Part shown: one piece after another, positions 26,676 to 39,709 of the stretch
How positions within the stretch are numbered: the first letter of the stretch is position 1
Layout of the letters: the number at the start of each line of letters is the position of its first letter
Assembly (NCBI GenBank): GCA_001938485.1
Contig: MQRK01186088.1
Location: forward strand, 44,854 to 97,661
DNA from: Girardia tigrina
Taxonomy: Eukaryota
DNA: 52,808 nucleotides
Direction: 5' to 3'
Made by a program: the position numbers and the translations under genes
Notes under the pieces: generated by a model
The model's database searches: none
What the model saw: the letters and a program-made list of their open reading frames with translations, nothing else
Told to the model about the DNA's origin: nothing

Positions 26676-26818
26676 CTGAGGAACCTCACATAAACACTCG
26701 ATGTATCATCAAAATAATTATACGAAACATATCCAGACGTCACTAATGATAACGATATCAAAAACTTATTCGTGCATAATCGCTTTAATTTGGAATAATT
26801 AAATAATGTTTTCAGCAT
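26676..26818 (-). CDS. ADCK5: ADCK5-like kinase exon 1 (basic, mitochondrial-targeting-like N-terminus)
   Basis: MLKTLFNYSKLKRLCTNKFLISLSLVTSGY..VRFLR followed by a 43-bp GT-AG intron. Confidence 0.85.
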
Positions 26819-27301
26819 TGTACTATATTTTGTCATGAACAGTACTGATTAAAAATCAACCACCTAAAATAAATACCAAATTTAAAATTAGATAAAATAT
26901 AGTAACAGAGTTGTAATATAATATGATATAATATAATATGCATAAACAAATAATAAATATTGATTTAAAAATGTCTTAATTAACGGTGTTTTTGAGAAGT
27001 TTTAGATTATTTCTGTTGGATTTCATTTGACAATTTAAAACAACATGATTTTGAAATTGTTTATATGCTATGCTATTATCTTTTTTGCCTCATTGCAACG
27101 ATCAGGCACTGGAGGTCACGAAGTCAATTTAAGAGGGCTTTTTCAAGTCCTTAGAATGGCTTTATCATTTCATGGCATAAATTCGTTTCTTGAAAATATT
27201 CAACACGTTAATAATTTACAAAAATTTACAATAATAAATCAAAATTAAAACAGATTTTAAATCTCAAAGACAAACTACTATTCTTAAATATTATTTATAC
27301 T

Positions 27302-27906
27302 TAAGGTGACCAGATGTCTCGCTTTTAGAGGGACAGTCCTGATTTTTCACTATAAGTCCCACATCCCACGATTTTTTTCAAAAGTCCCAACTTTTAAAAT
27401 TAAATTTTATATTTATGAAAATCATTTTTTTGCGTTCTAAGAATCCTTCAATTTGACAGACATACTGATTTTGCTACCCAGTTCAATTGTATTTATCTCT
27501 TAGGTGATACACTTCGTGTTCGTACCGCGTGCTAGCAAGCTAATTAAACAAATAAATATTACAAATCTGCTACTTACCATAGAAAATTAGGATAAGTAAT
27601 TTATTTATATATTTCATAAATACATAAATTTTCTCAAACTTAGCTTAAAATACTCGTAGTCTTCATATTTTATATTGATGAAAATAATTATGTCACCGAC
27701 CTTAACCTTAAAAGAAATTTTAGAAAGAAATATACAAATAAAATTTTGCAAATATTTTAAGTCACTGAAACTAATTTCGTTATAAACAACAATATGTTCA
27801 TGTCAATTATATTTAGTGTAAGGTGACCAGATGTCCCGCTTTTGGCGGGATAGTTCAGATATTTCACAATTTGTCCCGCTTTGCCCATATAAAATTCTGG
27901 TCACTA
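27302..27906. mobile_element. hAT-type MITE
   Basis: Ends taaggtgaccaga / tctggtcacta; 8-bp TSD tttatact; internal copy of the left end at 27819. Confidence 0.75.
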
Positions 27907-29256
27907 TTTATACTGCAATTAAATATTTTTACAAAAAATCCTATAAACTAGAAAATAATATACTGGCCGTTCGACGCTAAAGTATTACTACAAAGATTTT
28001 AAGGATTAAATAACAAAAGACATTTAAAACATAATAAAAATCGAAAATTCAGAAAAGAAATAAAAAACATTGGAATTCTGTGTGAGCGTTAGAACTTGTA
28101 AAAGCTCTTTTTATAAAATACCTCTTAATATTTACAAAGTGCAGTTGTAAGTCCTGTATTATTTTCTTTTTATTATTTTTAATTTTTTATGTTCAGGACT
28201 TGTATTGTGTTTTCTTTTTATATTGTAGTTAACTGGGGCAGGTCGATTCATAAGGGGGGGGGTTCACTGTGCAAAAAAAGAAAAGAAAAAAATCTAGTTT
28301 TTTTAAAAAAATAATAATAATTGCATTGTTAATAGGATTTGGATAAATCGCTAAGCGATTAAAATTTAATTACAAATTTAATTTTAAAAAATTATCAATA
28401 ACAAAATTATTAACGTAATTATTATTAACATTTGGTTGGCTTTAACATCAACAATTTCGAATTTTTTTCACTATTAATTTTCAACTGAAGATATTGTTCC
28501 TGTTCAAATCCACTAAACTAATATCGTTCGAATAATTTATTTTATTAGTTATTCAAACATTCGTGTCCGAATTTTCCAAAAAAATAAAATAAAAAGAAGA
28601 TTTTACCGAATAATCGTAACAGAATTATTGTATCATTTACAAATTACTGAATCCAAATATCGTTTATACTAAAGATTAACTGGTCTATTTTGGTTATTTA
28701 ACCTATTAGAGTTATATACGAAGGCAGATAACATTAATTGTAAATAATTATCCTAGAGAAAAAAGAAAAACTTTTCATTACAGTATTTATAAAGAAATTA
28801 TTGTTCTATAAAAGAAAATTTATTTAATTAACTATTATCTTGAAACGCATTTGTTTTTTTATTTAGCTTTTGTAATTACTATCAACTTCATAGTCTGTTT
28901 TAGTGTTTTTGTTTTTATACGTTTCATTTTAGTTATTGTAATATTATTATATAATTATTAAAGTTTTATCCGATAATATCGTCTTATTTTTACTTACTAT
29001 TTTACTATATACAAATAGCCTACACATAGATAAAAGAAATAATCACATAGTGAAAACTGGTTGTATTAAAAACAGAACTAAATAGAAATTTGTCTTGTGG
29101 AATTTAATCTTGTCTACTTACAAAGGTTTCGAATCAGTTTAACAAGCTTATGTTAAATAGTTACTGTTCAATGACATTATTTATTATTAACATTATATAT
29201 ATATATATATATATATATCACGTTTTTTATTTTAGTGTTCGCAGAATTTTACAAAT

Positions 29257-30200
29257 AATGTCTCGTGACGTATTACTCAAAAGTTTCATTAAGTATTTGG
29301 TGAAAAAATATATGAGTAGAAAGGAAATTATTGATGAACTGAATGATGTATACGAAGATAAGAGCTCTTCAAAGAGTTTTGTGTATAAATGAGGGGCCGA
29401 ATTTAAACGTAGATGTGATAATGTTTTACATTAACTTGCAATTTTTGATCTGTAGAAATTGAGAATTTAAAGAAAAGATAGATAGAAACTTTTATGCGAC
29501 ATGAAAGACGAATTACGACTAAAGAATTAACATCTCGAGCTAACATTAGTTATGGATCTTGTCAAACATTTTTAATGCCCATGGGAGTAAGGGAAATATC
29601 ATACCGGTTTGTGTACGAATTCCTCCTCGATGTTGCGAACGAAATCTCAATCTGTTCCAGAAATATGAAAATACATATTTAAATGATATTCTCCCTTGGG
29701 ATGAAACATCTTTGTCTATATAACTACTCGAATCAAACAAAAAGTGTTAAATAGAAGTTTTCAGATGAAACCCAAATAGAAAATTAAAAGCCGAATTTAA
29801 ACATCAACGTTATTTCATGCTAAACATTTTTTGGGGATTGCTACGGATGGATTTTGCAGATCAAAAAGCGAAGATTAGCTAAGGATGCTACATTGAGCTA
29901 CCTGGGAAGGTTCGGAAAGAACGATGAAAATCTAGCCAATTATCATACTGGTTACTGTACGACAATATTAATGATATTATCCCATTAATCCATAGATGAG
30001 TAAGAATGATTGGGCATGGTGAAAGTATGGCATCAACCTTACAGCCCAAATCTGGAACAATTAGATTTTTATTTGTTCCACCATTTAAAAAAAATCATGC
30101 CTGAAACTTATTACAGGTCAAAGGATGAACTGAGTAGCAGTATTGAATTCTACTTTAAATCATTACCATCCATGGTAATGGTAAAAATTTTACCTGGACA
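29257..30200 (+). mobile_element. Highly degenerate mariner transposase
   Basis: MSRDVLLKSFIKYL.., ERRITTKEL, WDETSL and HQPYSPNLEQLDFYLFHHLK. Confidence 0.8.
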
Positions 30201-30988
30201 GTGTATGAAATGGAAGGCCTTATATTTTTATGATTTTATATTTTGCATGATTTCAATACAAATACAAAACCATTTTCTGAAAATATTGTACTGAAGACAT
30301 TCCAATTTTTACGATTTTAATCAAAAAAAAAAGAAAAACATTAATTTTCCTATCCGATATCGCCAATTATAGATTTTTACTTGCTTGTTCTGGTTATTTC
30401 GTTATATATTTATTTGCTATTGTAGTTATTTAATTTATTTTTTATTAAATAATAATTAATATATTTATAAACTATTATTATAACTATTATAAACTATTAT
30501 AAACTATGATATTATCCCATTAATCCATAGATGAGTAAGAATGATTGGGTATGGTGAAAGTATGGCATCAACCTTACAGCCCAAATCTGGGACAATTAGA
30601 TTTTTATTTGTTCCACCATTTAAAAAAAATCATGCCTGAAACTTATTTCAGGTCAAAGGATGACTTTAAATCATTACCATCCATGGTAATGGTAAAAATT
30701 TTACCTGGACAGTGTATGAAATGGAAGGCCTTATATTTTTATGATTTTATATTTTGCATGATTTCAATCCAAATACAAAACCATTTTATGAAGACATTGT
30801 ACTGAAGACATTCCAATTTTTACGATTTTAATCAAAAAAAAGAAAAACATTAATTTTCCTATCCGATATCGCCAATTATCGATTTTTACTTGCTTGTTCT
30901 GGTTATTTCGTTATATATTTATTTGCTATTGTAGTTATTTAATTTATTTTTTATTAAATAATAATTAATATATTTATAAACTATTATT
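29971..30988. repeat. Tandem duplication (29971-30479 and 30506-30988)
   Basis: Two near-identical units of about 500 bp; the second has a 24-bp deletion. Confidence 0.95.
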
Positions 30989-31409
30989 GATTTTTTTCTA
31001 ATTATATCGTATATTTTATTCTATTATTTATTTCTATTGAATTAAAAAAGCGGAAGAGAACCTGTAATTTTTTTATTGGAAAATTTCTGATTTACTCATA
31101 TTCTCGTATTTTTTCATATATATATTTATATGCAATATAATCTCTAAATTCGGCCAAAATAGGGAACACCAAAACACAGTTGTTAACATCTCAATCTTCA
31201 TTTTCTCCAATTTCAAATTCCAATAATGTATCATTTTTCCTATCAGTAATCATAAAAAAAGTATCTTCATCCATAGGATCTTGAATATCTTTTTAAAAAT
31301 CTTTAAAGTATTGGCAAAAAGGAGAATTTGAATTTTAAAACATTGTTTCTAAAAGAGACCAAAATTGGAAGTTGACCAGTTTTAGAATTGACCAAATTTA
31401 GTGTTTATA

Positions 31410-31445
<36 letters not shown>

Positions 31446-31481
31446 TGCAAAGTAAAATCTATATAATAGGGATAAAAACAA

Positions 31482-31522
31482 GACGACGCGTTTCGAGATA
31501 ATAAAAATCCCATCATCAGGTC
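31482..31522 (-). ncRNA. Minimal type I hammerhead ribozyme
   Basis: Minus strand gac-CUGAUGA-u-gggau(uuuuauu)aucuc-GAAA-cgcg-UC-guc: full core, stems I and II, palindromic stem III, GUC cleavage triplet. Confidence 0.88.
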
Positions 31523-32600
31523 ACAAANNNNNNNNNNNNNNNNNNNNNNNNNNNNNNNNNNNNNNNNNNNNNNNNNNNNNNNNNNNNNNNNNNNNNNNNN
31601 NNNNNNNNNNNNNNNNNNNNNNNNNNNNNNNNNNNNNNNNNNNNNNNNNNNNNNNNNNNNNNNNNNNNNNNNNNNNNNNNNNNNNNNNNNNNNNNNNNNN
31701 NNNNNNNNNNNNNNNNNNNNNNNNNNNNNNNNNNNNNNNNNNNNNNNNNNNNNNNNNNNNNNNNNNNNNNNNNNNNNNNNNNNNNNNNNNNNNNNNNNNN
31801 NNNNNNNNNNNNNNNNNNNNNNNNNNNNNNNNNNNNNNNNNNNNNNNNNNNNNNNNNNNNNNNNNNNNNNNNNNNNNNNNNNNNNNNNNNNNNNNNNNNN
31901 NNNNNNNNNNNNNNNNNNNNNNNNNNNNNNNNNNNNNNNNNNNNNNNNNNNNNNNNNNNNNNNNNNNNNNNNNNNNNNNNNNNNNNNNNNNNNNNNNNNN
32001 NNNNNNNNNNNNNNNNNNNNNNNNNNNNNNNNNNNNNNNNNNNNNNNNNNNNNNNNNNNNNNNNNNNNNNNNNNNNNNNNNNNNNNNNNNNNNNNNNNNN
32101 NNNNNNNNNNNNNNNNNNNNNNNNNNNNNNNNNNNNNNNNNNNNNNNNNNNNNNNNNNNNNNNNNNNNNNNNNNNNNNNNNNNNNNNNNNNNNNNNNNNN
32201 NNNNNNNNNNNNNNNNNNNNNNNNNNNNNNNNNNNNNNNNNNNNNNNNNNNNNNNNNNNNNNNNNNNNNNNNNNNNNNNNNNNNNNNNNNNNNNNNNNNN
32301 NNNNNNNNNNNNNNNNNNNNNNNNNNNNNNNNNNNNNNNNNNNNNNNNNNNNNNNNNNNNNNTATATATATATATATATATATATCATATATATTTACAT
32401 TTTTTATTCTGAAAATATTCCTCATTTATAAATTCTCTTCATAAATAAATTGAATATATATTTTTTATTTAAAAATACGCACAGAACGCGAAGCAATTTG
32501 AACCAAAATTTGTTCAGTAAAAATAGAGCTCTTCGAAATCGATACATTTATCGACTGAAAGTTTTTCGTTAATTTCAATACTTCTAAATGGTAATTGTAA

Positions 32601-33169
32601 TAGTTCCGTACGGGCCCAAGCACATATAAAATATGACAATATGTGAAAATATTTTAATAATTTGAAAAAATTTATTTAAAATTATTTTAAGTAACCTAAC
32701 CCTAAACCAAACTATATACATTGATTAAGTAATCACTAACTTCACAAACTTATTTAAGAAAATATATGAATTATTTTAGAGAATATTCGTACCATGATTT
32801 CCGAGGGAAATAAATGTTTGAAAAGTTATTTCATATTTTCCCACGTATTCCTAATATATTTTATATATTTAAATTTTTTTGCATTTAAAATTGAATAATT
32901 TGTTTCGAATTGTTTTTTTCTGTTTTTAAATTATTTTCAGTTAATTTTTCTATGCAAAAAAATAATAAATAGTTTTAAAAAATTAGACAAAACAAATTTA
33001 ATGCAAAAATATACATAAAATAAGTCAGAGAAGTTTTTGGTTATTTAATCAATACATTTACTCGTATTTTGGCTTAGTAATAGGTTACTTAAAAGTCTTT
33101 AAATATTTTTCTTAGTTTGCTTATAATATTTTATATGTTATTATATTTGTTGGGGCCCATACGGAACTA
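32601..33169. mobile_element. MITE-like foldback element
   Basis: Terminal IRs tagttccgtacgggccc / gggcccatacggaacta plus inner IR aagtaaccta / taggttactt. Confidence 0.7.
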
Positions 33170-36059
33170 TACACTAATGATGTAACAGATGAAGAAAATG
33201 AATGTAATTATACCATAGAAACAGTCGATTGTCACGAAACAGAGCCAAGACGACAATTAAAGTAAAAGTAATTAATTCAAAAATTTCTTTTTAGAAAAAT
33301 GTAATAATTTATTTTCAATAAATTGTGTGAACAAAGAAACAGATTAAAATTCAAAAATTAATTAGAGAATATTGATCAAAACAAAGAAACTTACTATTAT
33401 CTTTATTTAAAAAAGTACAAAATTAAAACAAATTTCAATTTTCGATTTTATATAGATGATAAAATTAGAATACTAAAGTTATTACGGAAAGATAATTTAT
33501 CGTTTTTAAATAAAATAAAATCACTAAACTATTATCAGAATATTTATTAACAATTGATCAAGATAATTGAAAGGTTCATTTATTTTCATATAGTCGTCGT
33601 TATTTCTAGCTTTCATTTTCTCCTAATGTTTCAGAAATAAAATTTTAAAAAGATAACTATATATAAAAATACATTTTTTAAAAAAAACTACATTTATATT
33701 ATATGAGTTTGTATTTGTCATACATCAACTTAGTATGAATGACTGAGGTTTTCTTGTAGATTGTCGATTTTATTCCGTTTTGTTTTGTTTTTCATTCATT
33801 TGATATTAATTAACTCCTTAATTATCGAATGGTTAGCTAAATTATTAGAATTTAATTTGGAATGATTACGTTTACAAAATTTAGGTCTATCCGATAAAGA
33901 AAAGTTGAAGAAATTATAATTTAAAGATTGGTTTAAATCTAATAGTGTAACATCAAAGTTTTGTTCTGTTTTCAAATAAACAGATATAAAGTAAATTTAG
34001 ATATTTGACAATTTTTATTATAATATTTACTTGACATCAGTATTTGCCAATCGTTGATTGGTTTCTTTGTAATGAAAATATAAAAAAAAAGTTTTATTTA
34101 TTTTCCAAATAATTGTCTTCAAAAAAGAGATAGTTTTCTGTTGATGTAAAAGCTTATTTATTTATAAATAGTTTATCGTCTTTCAAAATTAAACTCTTCA
34201 ATTGTTCATTGTAATTAATAATTATGAGTCACATGACTAACTAATTATTCAGTTTTGATCGAGGGCAGAGTGTGCCGATTATTTCAGTGAATCAAACAGA
34301 GTTAGCCTTAAGTAACACGAAACTTCAAAATTTTAGTTTTATTTATTGTGAAGTTTTGTGAGCTTTTGATTGGAATTTTATCGAGCTTTCACCGATTAAT
34401 TCCGTATCTATCATATATGATACTTTTAGTTCTATGGATCGTATTTCAGCTTTTAAGATTAGTTTTCGTGCGTTTAAACTTTTAAAGATTAGGTAATCTT
34501 TATTTTACAAATTCAACACGTTATTTCCTACAAATAATAGTTTATGATCACAGAGGGGGTACAATTGCGTGGATGTCGCCTCTCGCCGAGATGATTCCTC
34601 AGCTCTTCCACTCCGGAAAATTACCAATCTCTCTTACAAATCAACTGCCAGATACTTTAGAATCGAATCAAATCTACACGAAACAGCAAGACAAGGTTTA
34701 TTCATTGTCATATACTTGTCCAGATACTGAGTCGTTAAATCGTCATTCACAACCAGAAAACTACTTGATGTGTCTCGACCTCTCATTTTTAATCTCGGTT
34801 TGATCCATTTAACTCATCAAAGAATTATCTCTTCGAATAAAAAAAGAAAACGACATCCAAATTAACTTTTATTGCTTTTTCTTTCAAATTTTACAGTTTA
34901 CATATGACATCAACATAAACAAACTGTATCAAATAGACCGACTAAGCAAAAGTTAAATTATTCTCTTTTTTACACATAATTTAATTCCTTCCAAATACAA
35001 TTTCCAATTATTTTTTCAACTTTCATCATTTTCTGAATCTTTTTTAATATATATTTTTTCTACAAATCACAATTATGTGTATCAGGGGTGGCCAGACATT
35101 TCTCGATGGGAGTTGAAAATCAAAATATGTCGCGTTTCCCTCTCTCAACAACATTTTTGTGAGCTCGGAGCCCTCAGTCGCTTTCCGAGATAAATGACAA
35201 CTCATACTGAGATTTTCATTTTGCTATTGGACCGCTACGTCATAGGGGAAACCGACGCGTCTCCTCTATGTATATCAGCAGGCTGTAAAGTTTTTGGAGC
35301 GCCTACAGGTTCAAACTGGTAACGAGTATGGTCAGACCAGTGGCTACAACGTTCGCGGGGGTATGGTTGCGATTTTACCTTACAATATTTACGCGGCTTA
35401 TATTTCTTTTAAATACTTCGAGTGAAGAGAACCCAGAGGAAACAGGTGATGACCGAACAGCGTGTTTGCCGGGGGACGGCCCGCGTCATCTCCAAAACGT
35501 TTTTCATCTTTTATTTTACAATTTTAATTTGAATTTCTTCACTGGTTTCACTTCAAGACCCTGATCGTTATACACGGCGTTCTGCTCACAATTATTTATT
35601 TACATAAGGAATATGTTCATACTAAGTATCTTTATTAACTTGTAATATTCACTAATTCACATCAGGATCCCGCGTTGTACTACCTATATCATAGTCCTTG
35701 TAGATAAGTTATAACCTCCTAACACTACCATAATTGTCAAGTAAAGTAGTTTGACTACTCGCCACTTATATTATTAGATTCTATGGATGAATCTCAATAT
35801 TACTGATAGGATATGAAAGGATTGCAATTATCGAAAATTTTTAAACGAAATTCAATTTTTATTTACATTAAATAAACCCAAATGTTATATTAAATATATT
35901 TACAAAAGTTTACGGTCCTTAAAATACTAAATTAAATTTATGAGTTATCAATTAAAAAACCGGTTGCCATAGCTTTTATTCAGACGTCGAATTAGTCCCC
36001 TGAGATTTATCATACCCTTAAGATCTATTTCTCTCTCAAGAGCAAAACATCTTTCGAAG

Positions 36060-36484
36060 CAATTTATCCATGAGATAGAAAGGGGGTAATCTTCGGATGC
36101 TCTCAAACTGTTCTTAGGACAGTGTCAGGTGGGGAGTTTGATTGGGGCGGTACATCTGTCAAATGGTAACGCAGATGTCCCAAGCTGAGCTCAACCAGGA
36201 CAGAAACGGGGTTTCGACCAAAAGGGGAAAAGCTCACTTGATTTTGATTTTTGTTCGAATACAGATCGTGAAAGTGCGGTCTATCGATTCTTTTGATTTT
36301 TCTTCAGGGTTTGAAGCAAGATGTGTCAGAAAAGTGGTAATTCACAAAAGCAGAATTCACAAAGCGTTGGATTGTTCACCCACTAATAGGGAACGTGAGT
36401 TGGGTTTAGACCATCGTGAGACAGGTTAGTTTTACCCTATTTTATAAATCGTCATTACAATAGTAATTCTGTTCAATACGAGAG
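36060..36484 (+). pseudogene. 28S rRNA pseudogene fragment (domain V to sarcin-ricin loop)
   Basis: Conserved LSU blocks gacagtgtcaggtggggagtttg and gcgttggattgttcacccactaatagggaacgtgag; the universal CAGGGATAAC...TCGATGTCGGCTC peptidyl-transferase segment is missing at about 36335-36347. Confidence 0.93.
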
Positions 36485-37308
36485 TGTAGAACGACAAATT
36501 TGTTCTCTTACTCAGATGACAAATCTGTTGTTCTAACGATAATTAACTTATGACTAGGCTAACTTGGGAAAAAAAATAAGTTAATCTAGTTTAATAAATA
36601 AAATAAAGTAACGTAATATACAACCAAGAAATGAAATAAATCAACTTTTAATGCAACAAAAAAAAATAACAATAGTTATTGAAGCAAACACTAATTACTT
36701 GCCGAGTTGGATAGTCAAATATTGATCACAAAAAAAAATAATGTCAGATGAGCCAAATTAAGTCAAGTAACAAAAACAGCATAAACGCAAATTTCGTCCT
36801 TCATTAAATTCATAGTTAAATTATTAATTCTGCAATGGATATTTTATTATCGATTGCTTTTTTTTAAATTTCCATTTTTTAAAATATCCATTGGCGATAT
36901 TTAACATTATCGTTAATGTTCGGTTAGTCTCGCCCGTTATTTAAACGAAATCAGTAATAACGGTAAATGATGACGATGTTTTTCAATGTTCATTTATCGA
37001 TTCATATCCAGAATGGAAAGATATTTTGCTTGACAGCGATTAATAATACAAAACCGAATTTCTTCCGAATCGAATATCCTTTTTTTTGTATTTACTATTT
37101 GATAATGAATATGAAAACCGTTAAACCATGATTTAGACAATAAAAAAAACGTACAAAAATCGACAAAAAATAAAAATAAAAAACAGCATTGTCCAAAAAA
37201 AAAAATAAATCAAATAAAAATCACAACAAAACCAGCGCTTAAAATAAAAATAAAAATCACATTAAGTCAAACGAAAAATAAAAATGAAAGAGCGTGAGAG
37301 GCTCGTCA

Positions 37309-37735
37309 TTATAAATCGTCATTACAATAGTAATTCTGTTCAATACGAGAGAAACCACAGATTCGGATCACTGGTAAATATGCTTCATCGAAAGGTCAGT
37401 GGCACGAAGCTATCATCTGATAGATTAATACTGAACGCCTCTAAGTTTGAATCTCGCCTAGAAGTAATGATAATTACGTGCCATCCTCGTAAAGAGGCAA
37501 TTTTATTGTCTATTAAGGCAACTAAATGGATGTGGCTAAGCCATATATTTAAACTCTAACCATTCTATGAAAATAGTTTGGAAGTTTCAATCATATTATA
37601 TGATTTACGCGTTGGCATTAAATCGTTTGTAGATGACTTACTTTACGGTCGGGGAAGCGTACGAATTTGATCGATTTAAACTGCGAGTTTTTGAACTTCA
37701 TCCCTATAAGACGCGATGATTTGAACTTTTAGAGT
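37309..37735 (+). pseudogene. 28S rRNA pseudogene, 3' end (domain VI)
   Basis: Mutated SRL aatacgagagaaacc, then ctgaacgcctctaag, aaatcgtttgtagatgactta and a gatttga 3' terminus. Confidence 0.88.
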
Positions 37736-37764
37736 TCATTCATTGTTATCGGACATTTTTGATT

Positions 37765-37968
37765 AAATGGCGGAAGCTTTTTGGATATTCGTAAGATATC
37801 TGAATGGCGGAAGCTGATGAGATCGTTCATAATATCTTGATGGTGGGTGCTGTAGAGATCGGCCAGGGTATCTGAATAGCGGGTGCTGTTTGGATAATCG
37901 GATTAGTGGAAGCTCTCTGGATGGTTGAAGCTATCTGATTTGTGGAAGCTGTTGAGATGGCGGAAGCT
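37765..37968. repeat. Degenerate 18/36-bp tandem repeat (ggcggaagct core)
   Basis: Core recurs 8 times at spacings of 37, 36, 36, 27, 18, 18 and 18 bp. Confidence 0.8.
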
Positions 37969-38097
37969 TATTTAAATATAACTATAATAGTCGAGTTAGA
38001 TTATTATAACAAATTAAATGTTTATACCCTTCTGTTATAAACATTTTTATACATTTACATTTAAAAAACGAGTAAATTTTCTTACAAATTTTCTGAC

Positions 38098-39350
38098 CGT
38101 GGTGTCTGAAAAGTAACCATAGGGATTTTTAAAAATATCTTTTTTTATCTCAGCGCGGATTAAGCAAGTATTTTGAAAAGGCACTGCTGTTGATTTTTTT
38201 AAAAAATTTTTCGTCATTTATTAAATTTCTTTAATGGTCGATATAAACGTCAGGAGGGTGGCATTGGTTATCCGGGGTTCAAATAACCCACACCCCGTAA
38301 TTACTTCTTCTAATCCCGTTCCAGCTCCTCCCCCACGTCGTGATGACCAAGTTGTCAGAAACATCGTTGCTTGTCACAACGACCTGACTCTGACGGAGAT
38401 AAGTGAAGAATTGTATCTTAGACTTGGTGTAAAGAAATCCAATTCTACAATCCGTTGAAAGTTATAGAAGCTTGGCATTACAAGGAAAAGACTTTCTTTA
38501 ATCCCTGAGGAACGTAATTCCCAAGATAAAATTGAGAACAAGTCTATATATGCAAGTGCTATTTCGCAATACAGCCTTGAGAACCTCGTTTTTTGGATGA
38601 GACAGGATTCAATAGCCATAAATTGCATTATTATGGATATTCAGCCAAGAACGTTAAAGCATACAGACAGGTTTCTGCAAACAGATGCACAAACTTGAGC
38701 TGCTTCTGTGTTATCTCTTATGAAGGACTGGTCACGTATGAAAAGCGTCGGGGTGCTTATAACTCTGAGTTTTTTAATGAAGTCCTCGAGTCACCCAGCT
38801 GCCTATTTTAGGTCTAACCAAGAAAAGATTCTAATCATGGACGCGAGGTTTCACCATGCGCGAATAACTATCGCCAAGTTAGAGGAATTAGGAATTACGT
38901 ATATACCTTACGTATGTACCTTAATCCCTACTCTCCTCAACTGAATCCGATCGAGGAGTTTTTTTCGATGATTAAAGGCCGTTTTAATGGTATACGTAAC
39001 CCCGCTAATACTGTTGAAGTTGATCTTAACTCTGTTCTTATGAGTGATTTTAGAGCTCCGTGTCTAGGATTTTATGATAATATGCTCAGATGACTTGAGA
39101 AAGCAAGGCAGAGACTAGATTTTATATAATAAACGAATTTGTATAATTTTTTGTGTGTAATATAGAAATGCAATACCCTGTAATTAAACTTTCTCTTCAG
39201 TAATAATTAATTACGAAATCATTAAATAAGTCAAAATATCAAGAATAAAATGTGATTACAAATATTAATACCAAACATGATTTAAATGCTATTTAGAAAA
39301 ACAATAATAACTGAACTTGTCAGTAAAATCAATATTTACTGACACCACTA
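38098..39350 (+). mobile_element. IS630/Tc1-family (DDE) element, inactivated
   Basis: LGITRKRL, DETGFN, YGYS, GAYNSEFF, IMD-ARFHH and YSPQLNPIEEFFS; imperfect gtggtgtc / gacaccac ends. Confidence 0.88.
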
Positions 39351-39709
39351 ACTAAATAGTTAAGTTAATATATAATTGCTAATAAAAACTGGTTTGTTTT
39401 AATGAATAGAAAAAATATATCATTTTATTGTATTGTAACTATAATAATATATAAAGTTATTTAATAAAAAATAAAAATTTTATTGAATTTAGCACTTTAA
39501 CCTGATCTTCACGAATAAAAAATAATTAAAAAAATATCAAGAGTAAAAATAATTATGACTAATAATAGTAGGATAAATCCCCATTAAAAAATTCTATTTA
39601 GAAAGGTAATAACGAATAACAGCTTTGGGGCCTTGTCTTTTTTCCCCTATAGGTGAAAAAAAGACTGTTTTTTAAAAAATAAAATAAAGGGGAAAAAGTT
39701 TAAAAAAAA

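Noticed and set aside
36142-37559. ORFs of 95 and 91 aa
   Set aside because: Chance frames within rRNA-derived sequence.
37765-37968. CRISPR-like repeat spacing
   Set aside because: Eukaryotic context, degenerate repeats, spacers related to each other, and no cas genes.
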